Source of the DNA: Nostocaceae cyanobacterium
GTDB taxonomy: Bacteria > Cyanobacteriota > Cyanobacteriia > Cyanobacteriales > Nostocaceae
Reading direction: 5' to 3'
Assembly (NCBI GenBank): GCA_051861145.1
Contig: JBHYDF010000259.1
Coordinates: 1 to 10,631, forward strand
Length of the DNA: 10,631 nt
Positions 1-6,116 of this stretch are shown here, one piece after another; position 1 is the stretch's first letter, and every line of letters begins with the position of its first letter. The position numbers and the translations under genes are program-made. The notes beneath the pieces were generated by a model. That model searched no databases and was not told the origin of the DNA. It saw only the letters and a list, made by a program, of their open reading frames with translations.

Positions 1-70
1 ATTGGGCATTGGGCATTGGGCATTGGGCATTGGGCATTGGGCATTGGGCATTGGGAATGGGGAATGGGGA
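1..70. repeat. Heptamer short tandem repeat: (ATTGGGC)x7, then ATTGGGA and ATGGGGAx2. Truncated by the window edge.
   Basis: Direct reading shows ten contiguous 7-nt units with perfect periodicity for the first seven. This is typical of cyanobacterial STRR arrays in intergenic DNA. Confidence 0.9.
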
Positions 71-82
71 AAAATCCAATTA

Positions 83-112
83 CAAATGACAAATGACAAA
101 TGACAAATGACA
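83..112. repeat. Heptamer short tandem repeat (ACAAATG)x4, equivalent to GACAAAT phased by one base.
   Basis: Four perfect contiguous units at 83-110, followed by a degenerate unit. It lies 12 nt after the first STRR block and ~55 nt upstream of the kinase start. Confidence 0.9.
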
Positions 113-168
113 TTTCCGAACAAGTAAAATGCCTTTAGTTGTCTCATCTCAAACAATGGATAATCCCG

Positions 169-1440
169 ATGCGGCTTTGGACACCAAATCAACCACTGCA
201 AAATGGTAAATTCACTATTCAAACAATCCTTGGAAGTGGAGGATTTGGTATTACCTATAGCGCCATTGAACACGGCACGGGTAAATTATTTGTGATCAAA
301 ACTCTAAATCAACAGCAACAACGTCAAGCAGATTTCCAGCAGCGACAGGTAAAGTTTGTTAATGAAGCGCTACGGTTGGCTAAATGCAGCCATACCCATA
401 TTGTTCAAGTCTATGAAGTCATCCAAGAAGATGAACTTTGGGGAATGGTAATGGAATATGTTGACGGACAAGATTTAGGGGTTTATGTTGATGAGCGTGG
501 AGTGTTACCAGAGGATGAGGCACTACGCTACATTGACCAAGTGGGAAAAGCTTTAGAATATGTCCACCAACAACGATTTTTACATCTGGATGTCAAGCCT
601 AGTAACATTCTATTGCGCCGTGCTACACAAGAAGCTGTATTAATTGATTTTGGTTTAGTACGTGAATTTACTGGTGTTGGAGCAGGAAGCATGACGAATG
701 CTAAGACGGAAGGTTATGCACCAATTGAACAGTATGAAAGTCAAGGCAAATTTGCTGCTTATACTGATGTTTATGCCTTAGCAGCGACATTATATACTTT
801 ACTCACTGCCGAAATTCCTTTACCTGCTCCTTTCCGAAAGTATGAACAACTACCACCGCCAAAGCAGCATAATTCTAAAATTAGCGACAGGGTGAATAAT
901 GCTATTCTCAAGGGGATGGCGTTAGAACCACAAGAGCGTCCTCAGTCGGTGCGCGAGTTTAGAGAATTACTTAGCCCAGATCCAAAAGTCGATTACGCTA
1001 AGCTAGAAGAATTTTTGAGAGCTAATCAGTGGAAAGAAGCGGATCGTGAAACCTACCAAATAATGCTTCAAGCAGTGGAACGTCAGAATGAGGGTTGGAT
1101 GAGAGCGCAGGAATTATCCAACTTTCCTTGTACAGTTCTTTACAAAATTGACCAACTCTGGCTAACTTACAGTGACAGTAAATTTGGCTTAAGTGTTCAA
1201 CAGCAAATCTGGTATGGTATTGCTGGTTCCTCTATTCAGTTCGATATTGCCATCTTTTGTAAGTTTGGCGATCGCGTAGGCTGGCGAACAAATAATGAAT
1301 GGTTAAGATATGAGAACTTTACCTTTAGCTTAGAGGCTCCAGAAGGGCATTTGCCATCATTTGGAATGGGTTTTCAGCGTTGGGATGAATGGCAATCCAG
1401 TTGTTGGCAATTATTCCCTCGTATTCATAATTGCTTATAG
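169..1440 (+). CDS. Hanks-type Ser/Thr protein kinase (non-RD: HLDVKPSN) fused to a C-terminal GUN4-like porphyrin-binding domain.
   Basis: Kinase motifs present: Gly-loop LGSGGFGITYSA, VIK lysine, catalytic loop HLDVKPSNILL (Arg of HRD replaced by Leu), DFGL, and the activation segment GYAPIEQY. The C-terminal ~170 aa (DYAKLEEFLRANQWKEADRETY...IDQLWLTYSDSKFGLSVQQQIWYGIAG) matches the GUN4 core signature D-x-LW-x-YS-x-G-x-FGFSVQ-x-IW. The ORF track opens at TTG 139. The first in-frame ATG at 169 (MRLWTPNQ...) is the more plausible start. Confidence 0.8.
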   Translation: MRLWTPNQPLQNGKFTIQTILGSGGFGITYSAIEHGTGKLFVIKTLNQQQQRQADFQQRQVKFVNEALRLAKCSHTHIVQVYEVIQEDELWGMVMEYVDGQDLGVYVDERGVLPEDEALRYIDQVGKALEYVHQQRFLHLDVKPSNILLRRATQEAVLIDFGLVREFTGVGAGSMTNAKTEGYAPIEQYESQGKFAAYTDVYALAATLYTLLTAEIPLPAPFRKYEQLPPPKQHNSKISDRVNNAILKGMALEPQERPQSVREFRELLSPDPKVDYAKLEEFLRANQWKEADRETYQIMLQAVERQNEGWMRAQELSNFPCTVLYKIDQLWLTYSDSKFGLSVQQQIWYGIAGSSIQFDIAIFCKFGDRVGWRTNNEWLRYENFTFSLEAPEGHLPSFGMGFQRWDEWQSSCWQLFPRIHNCL

Positions 1441-1585
1441 GATAAGTATCAAATATAGCAAGCAAATCATATTTACTCTTAATAAAGAAAATACATAAAT
1501 ACAAAAATCTATAGGACTCCTATTTAATTTTTGAAATATACGTAGGTAGGGCTATACCCTACAAAACCATTATTATCTGTGGGGC

Positions 1586-1764
1586 TAGGGCGTGTTTTCA
1601 AACTAATCTTTACGTTATTAGTTGAGTTTGCGATCCCCCTAAATCCCCCGCGCTTCTTGGGGGACTTTGAGAAGATTTCCCCCCCTTTTTAAGGGGGGGA
1701 CTCGGGGTCCCCTCTGGGGATAGGGGGGAGAGGGGGGGATCTCACAGTTTGAAAACACGCCCTA
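1586..1764. mobile_element. MITE-like palindromic element with perfect 19-bp terminal inverted repeats (TAGGGCGTGTTTTCAAACT / AGTTTGAAAACACGCCCTA) enclosing a G-run/C-run hairpin cluster.
   Basis: The perfect inverted repeat spans 1586-1604 and 1746-1764. A second inner inverted repeat reads GATCCCCC (1632-1639) and GGGGGGATC (1733-1741). The interior is a chain of small hairpins: CCCCCGCGCTTCTTGGGGG, CCCCCCCTTTTTAAGGGGGGG and GGGGTCCCCTCTGGGGA. It contains no ORF and is GC-rich relative to its AT-rich flanks. Confidence 0.6.
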
Positions 1765-1982
1765 TGCCTTACCTACACTTAAGCTTAAAGTACACGGATT
1801 TTTTTCAATAATCAAACCGGATTTCTATATATTTATAGTTATCATCTATACCGGAGCAATACATCTAACTATTCAATTGAAAGATATTGAATTTTCTTTA
1901 AAATTTAGAGAAATTGGGAAATTATTGACTGAGAACAAGTAGTTACCATTACTTCTTTGTTTTCAGGAAGGATAGCATCACT

Positions 1983-4277
1983 ATGAAAGCCAAGCTATTT
2001 GTCAGTTTGCTAGTGAAAAGTGCAATGGTTCTCAGCAGCATTGCTATCGTCAGTCAGTCTATTGATTCAGTGAATCCTCGATTAAAAACTTTAGCAGTAG
2101 AACACACTCCATATCTGCAATCTAGTCAAACTCCAACTACTGCTGTATCACAACAAAATAATTCAGGAACTCTAAACCATCAGCCTATCAGGACTGCGGG
2201 AATATCGTTATCGTGGTCTTTTTTGATTTTCTTGGGATTTGGAATTATTGTTTTTGTTGCGATCGCGCCCAGAGGAATCGTAATAATTGGTAACAATGAA
2301 GTTGGGATTGTGATTAAGAAATTTAACCTTAATCCCTTTCACCCCAAACTCCCTGCTGGTAAACTGATGGCTTTGAAAGGAGAAGCCGGGCCCCAAGCGA
2401 AAATCCTTACCCCCGGTTTGCATTGGGGTTACTATCCTCAGATGTATATCATTCGCAAGGAATCGGTAATTAATATTTCTCCAGATGAAATTGGAATAGT
2501 CGTTGCCAAAGATGGTGCGTCCATGCCACCGGGACAACTTTTCGGTCAGGTTGTTGAATGTAACAACTTTCAGGATGCGTGTGCGTTTATTGAAAATGGC
2601 GGTCAGAAGGGTAGACAGCTAGCAATACTAACCGATGGCAGCTACCGGATTAACACTGAACTGTTTACCATTCACAAGAAGCCAGTCATCAATATTCCCC
2701 CAGGAGAAATTGGGCTAGTCGTTGCCAAAGATGGTGCGTCCATGCCACCAGAACAACTATTGGGCAAAGTTGTGGATTGCAATAACTTTCAAGATGCCCA
2801 TGCGTTTATTGAAAATGGCGGTCAGAAGGGTAGACAGCTAGCAATCTTAACTGCTGGTACGTATAAGATTAATACCGATTTGTTTACCGTAATTACTGCT
2901 GCTAATGCCACTAAGTATGGCATGAAACCTGAGGATTTGCAGGTATATACGGTGGATGCTGGTAACATTGGCATTATCACTACTTATGATGGTATATCAA
3001 TTGAACCAGGTGAGATTGCTGGTTCACCTGTTGGGGATCATGGTAACTTCCAAAATGGACAAAAATTTATTGATGCAGGTGGACGCAAAGGTTTGCAAGA
3101 AGAGGTTTTGCCACCAGGTTCTTGGAACCTCAATCCCTGGTTTCTTAAGGTTGAGCAAGTAGAACTGACTGAAATTCCCGTTGGTACAGTTGGGGTTGTC
3201 ATCTCCCACGTTGGCAAGCATTCTGAGAATCAGGCAGGTGTAGTTGAGCGTGGATGCAAGGGAGTTTGGAATACCCCTTTGCGTCCTGGTAAACACGTAA
3301 TTAACACAAAAGTGATGAATGTGGAGATAGTTCCAACTCTTCCCATTACACTCGACTGGTCAAACAAAACAAAACCTCCTACAAACTACGATGCCAACCT
3401 TCATGCTTTACAACTGCGTTCCAAGGATGGATTTTGTTTTGATATAGAGGTAACACAAGTTATTCGCATCGCTGAAGAAAACGCTCCCACAATGATTTTT
3501 CATGTTGGTAACACGATTAGTGGCTCTGCTACTAATTCCATAAAAGCTCTAACCGTTAAGGTACTACAGCCAGCAGTTAGCAATTACTTTTGTAATTCTG
3601 CCCAAAATTCTAAGGCGCTAGACTTTCTTGACAAACGTAGTGACCAACAAAGACAAGCAAAAGATTATATTAAATCAGCGCTCAATGATTTTGCTGTTGA
3701 AGCAGTTGAGACGTTGATTGGTGAGATTGACTTGCCTGAGGAGCTAGAAAAGATTTTAACCGAGTGCGAAATTGCTGAACAACAACGCAAAACCTTAGAC
3801 GCTCAACAAAAGACAGAAGCAAAACGCCAAGAACTTGCCCATGCAAAAGCACTGACAAACATTCAAGCAGATTTGGTGAAATTTGAACAGGGTGTGAGGA
3901 TTGCCGAACTCATGGCTCTAGCACAAAGATACGAAACAGAAGCTAAAACAGAACTAGCTCGAGAACAAGGTAAAGTGCAAGCAGAAATTCTCCGAGCATT
4001 TGTTGATATCCTTGGTCGTGAAGATTATGTGGATATAGAAAAACTTAAAGAGTTAGTCAAACTTAAACTTCCAGAAATTTGGGTGAGTAATTCTCATAGC
4101 AACGATTCTGGATTAGTAGATGCAATAATGGCTCCAATGTTAAGGACTCTGAAAACTAGTAGCATGAGTTCAATTAATAATTTACCAGGAACACATCAGG
4201 CTAATAAAACATTAGATACTTCATCTCCTTCATCTCCATCGACGGCACTTCCTCAAACTTATGAGGATAATTCCTGA
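1983..4277 (+). CDS. Flotillin/SPFH (band-7)-like membrane protein with four N-terminal tandem beta-hairpin repeat units and a C-terminal Glu/Ala/Lys-rich coiled coil.
   Basis: N-terminal hydrophobic segment MKAKLFVSLLVKSAMVLSSIAIV, then a transmembrane helix SWSFLIFLGFGIIVFVAIA. Four repeat units of ~65-73 aa follow, each with motifs G-x-IG-I/V-V and GGQKG-x-Q-x-x-IL-x-G-x-Y-x-IN. These resemble the first strands of YqiK/flotillin SPFH domains. An SPFH-like core follows (LDFLDKRSDQQRQAKDYIKSALNDFAVEAVETLIGEIDLPEEL), then a flotillin-type coiled coil (EQQRKTLDAQQKTEAKRQELAHAKAL...ETEAKTELAREQGKVQAEILRAF). The Ser/Pro-rich tail is low-complexity. Confidence 0.6.
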   Translation: MKAKLFVSLLVKSAMVLSSIAIVSQSIDSVNPRLKTLAVEHTPYLQSSQTPTTAVSQQNNSGTLNHQPIRTAGISLSWSFLIFLGFGIIVFVAIAPRGIVIIGNNEVGIVIKKFNLNPFHPKLPAGKLMALKGEAGPQAKILTPGLHWGYYPQMYIIRKESVINISPDEIGIVVAKDGASMPPGQLFGQVVECNNFQDACAFIENGGQKGRQLAILTDGSYRINTELFTIHKKPVINIPPGEIGLVVAKDGASMPPEQLLGKVVDCNNFQDAHAFIENGGQKGRQLAILTAGTYKINTDLFTVITAANATKYGMKPEDLQVYTVDAGNIGIITTYDGISIEPGEIAGSPVGDHGNFQNGQKFIDAGGRKGLQEEVLPPGSWNLNPWFLKVEQVELTEIPVGTVGVVISHVGKHSENQAGVVERGCKGVWNTPLRPGKHVINTKVMNVEIVPTLPITLDWSNKTKPPTNYDANLHALQLRSKDGFCFDIEVTQVIRIAEENAPTMIFHVGNTISGSATNSIKALTVKVLQPAVSNYFCNSAQNSKALDFLDKRSDQQRQAKDYIKSALNDFAVEAVETLIGEIDLPEELEKILTECEIAEQQRKTLDAQQKTEAKRQELAHAKALTNIQADLVKFEQGVRIAELMALAQRYETEAKTELAREQGKVQAEILRAFVDILGREDYVDIEKLKELVKLKLPEIWVSNSHSNDSGLVDAIMAPMLRTLKTSSMSSINNLPGTHQANKTLDTSSPSSPSTALPQTYEDNS
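2472..2909 (+). repeat. In-gene tandem duplication of a 219-bp (73-aa) unit, two copies at ~85% nucleotide identity.
   Basis: Copy 1 is 2472-2690 (INISPDEIGIVVAKDGASMPPGQLFGQVVECNNFQDACAFIENGGQKGRQLAILTDGSYRINTELFTIHKKPV). Copy 2 starts at 2691 (INIPPGEIGLVVAKDGASMPPEQLLGKVVDCNNFQDAHAFIENGGQKGRQLAILTAGTYKINTDLFTV...). Long identical runs occur at the DNA level, for example GTCGTTGCCAAAGATGGTGCGTCCATGCCACC and TTTATTGAAAATGGCGGTCAGAAGGGTAGACAGCTAGCAAT. Confidence 0.9.
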
Positions 4278-4346
4278 AAACCCTGAAGTAAAAGCCACCT
4301 CTAGAACTTACGCAAAAGGTTCTTGTAATGCTTGATTTTCACAAGT

Positions 4347-4381
4347 GGCAATTCATGAATTGCCGCTACAAATTCTGTGTT
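4347..4381. repeat. Dispersed 35-bp motif: an 18-bp perfect palindrome GGCAATTCATGAATTGCC followed by GCTACAAATTCTGTGTT. This is copy 1 of 2 in the window.
   Basis: The palindrome at 4347-4364 is perfect. The whole 35-mer recurs at 9897-9933 with 3 substitutions. Both copies lie 70-175 nt downstream of a + strand stop codon. Confidence 0.7.
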
Positions 4382-4480
4382 ATGCGTAAGTCTTGACCCC
4401 AATATTTTGAGGCAGTTTGTTTGCGCAAACTGCTGTAAGTATAGGATTTGACTAACAATCTCAAAGCCTATTATTTTCTT

Positions 4481-5848
4481 ATGCCAGCTAAAATTACTCT
4501 CACTGTCACCCAAGGCAAACTCTCAGGACGACAATTCATCTTTGATTCTCGCACTACCTGTATTATTGGCAGAAGTACAGATTGTAATCCGCAACTGCCT
4601 AATGATGAAGACCATCGCACCATCTCCCGCTATCATTGTTTGCTAGATATCAACCCTCCTGCTATCCGAGTACGGGACTTTGGCAGTAAAAATGGCACTT
4701 ATGTCAATGGCAAAAAAATTGGACAGCGCCAAGCCAACCAAACCCCAGAAGAAGCTGTAAAGTTACAATTTCCAGAGTATGATTTGCAGGATAGGGATGA
4801 AATAAAACTGGGTAATACTGTTTTGACAATTGGAATTGAAATTGATGAACCAACTATAAATGTTCACAATTTTTTTCCTGGCGCTGTTGATGTAAACAAC
4901 TCAACACAACAGCTAAATATTTTGGCAAAAACTAAACATTTGTTGAGATTAGCTAAAGATGGTGACAATAATTTAATCGCAATTCGCGGTTATAAAATTG
5001 TTAAAATGCTGGGAAAAGGTGGATACGGAGAAGTCTATTTAGCACAACACCAGCAATCTGAGAAATTAGTAGCATTGAAGGTTATGTTACCAGCAATAAT
5101 GCAGAGCGATCGCGCTGTAAAAATGTTTTTCAGGGAGACGGAAAATATCAAAGCTTTACGACATCCCCATGTTGTACAGTTAATAGATTATGGATTCTCC
5201 GAAAACATTTTTTTCTTCACAATGGAGTATTGCAAGGGTGGTAGTGTATTTGATTTAATGCATCAGCAGGGGGGACGGCTATCTATTGATATAGCTGTGC
5301 CAATTATTCTACAAGTTCTTAATGGTTTAGAATACACACACAATGCCGAAATTCCCTGTGTCAAACTGAGTGATGGCGGCTTTGGCAAAGGTAGGGGTTT
5401 AGTTCACCGCGACCTCAAACCTAGTAATATCTTCCTTGATTGGGTTGATGGAAAATTTGTTGCTAAAATCGGCGATTATGGCTTATCTAAGGCATTTGAC
5501 ATCGCTGGTTTTAGCGGTCAAACTCTCTCTGGTACTAAAGCTGGTACTCCAATTTTTATGCCCCGACAGCAGGTGCTTAACTTCAAATATGCTCAACCAG
5601 ATGTAGATATTTGGGCTACTGCTGCTTGTCTCTATTTTATGCTCACTGGAACTCTTCCCCGCAACTTTACAGGCGGCGATCCGTTCCTAATGGTGTTGCA
5701 AAATGACCCTGTACCAATCAAAGCGCGAGATGCACTTATTCCGCAAAAACTAGCGGAAGTCATTGATTTAGGTTTGGTGGAGAAGCCAGAAATTTACTTT
5801 AAGAGTGCGACGGAATTTAAAGAAGCGTTATTGGCTATCAAGTATTAA
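4481..5848 (+). CDS. FHA-domain-containing Hanks-type Ser/Thr protein kinase.
   Basis: The N-terminal FHA signature runs CIIGRS...HRTISRYHCLLDIN...IRVRDFGSKNGTYVNGKKI, with the GR, SR-H and S-x-NGT-x-VNG motifs present. The kinase domain shows the Gly-loop LGKGGYGEVYLA, VALKVM, the catalytic loop HRDLKPSNIFL, and DYGLS in place of the usual DFG. There is a ~15-aa Gly-rich insertion (CVKLSDGGFGKGRGL) just before the HRD. The ORF track starts at TTG 4448. The in-frame ATG at 4481 (MPAKITLTVTQGKLSGRQFIF) fits the typical FHA N-terminus better. Confidence 0.8.
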   Translation: MPAKITLTVTQGKLSGRQFIFDSRTTCIIGRSTDCNPQLPNDEDHRTISRYHCLLDINPPAIRVRDFGSKNGTYVNGKKIGQRQANQTPEEAVKLQFPEYDLQDRDEIKLGNTVLTIGIEIDEPTINVHNFFPGAVDVNNSTQQLNILAKTKHLLRLAKDGDNNLIAIRGYKIVKMLGKGGYGEVYLAQHQQSEKLVALKVMLPAIMQSDRAVKMFFRETENIKALRHPHVVQLIDYGFSENIFFFTMEYCKGGSVFDLMHQQGGRLSIDIAVPIILQVLNGLEYTHNAEIPCVKLSDGGFGKGRGLVHRDLKPSNIFLDWVDGKFVAKIGDYGLSKAFDIAGFSGQTLSGTKAGTPIFMPRQQVLNFKYAQPDVDIWATAACLYFMLTGTLPRNFTGGDPFLMVLQNDPVPIKARDALIPQKLAEVIDLGLVEKPEIYFKSATEFKEALLAIKY

Positions 5849-5870
5849 TTTTTACTTTATTTTTGAGAAA

Positions 5871-5890
5871 ATAAGCAGCGATCGCTTTTT
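5871..5890 (+). terminator. Weak candidate intrinsic terminator: a HIP1-centred palindrome AGCGATCGCT followed by TTTTT.
   Basis: It lies 23 nt after the kinase stop codon. The 10-nt self-complementary sequence is followed by a T5 run and preceded by an A4 run. The stem is short, so the hairpin would be weak. Confidence 0.2.
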
Positions 5891-6116
5891 CTTGTCATGT
5901 TGCATAAAATCAAATTTTTGTCAATAGATATACTAGACAAATACCAAATAACCAATAACATTTAAATGTTGAAAGATAAAAAATTCTGGGAATACTAAAT
6001 AATGCTGAGGTGCAAGCGCTTCTCAGTAAAGTGTATTTGAGGCAGTCGCACCATAAAGGGAAAGCACCTTTGTGGGCGTTTGCATAGGCGGGAAACTTTA
6101 CAAAAAGACTTGGGTT

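Noticed and set aside
2208-2537. A 109-aa ORF on the minus strand inside the flotillin-like gene. The same applies to the minus-strand ORFs at 3024-3296, 6098-6313, 6776-6982, 7151-7342, 7258-7449, 8279-8509 and 9419-9682, and to the + strand out-of-frame ORF at 2956-3162.
   Set aside because: All lie within well-supported longer CDSs that carry clear domain signatures. Their translations are low-complexity with no recognisable motifs, so they are shadow ORFs.
4301-4513. A 70-aa minus-strand ORF spanning the flotillin / FHA-kinase intergenic region.
   Set aside because: It overlaps the 5' end of the FHA-kinase gene and the palindromic repeat. No motif, a short product and an atypical composition argue against it being a gene.
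139-6116. The ORF-track start codons: TTG 139, TTG 4448 and GTG 6072.
   Set aside because: Each is followed within 10-15 codons by an in-frame ATG (169, 4481 and 6117). The ATG gives an N-terminus typical of its domain family. The upstream extensions are AT-rich and look non-coding. The long forms cannot be ruled out without N-terminal proteomics.
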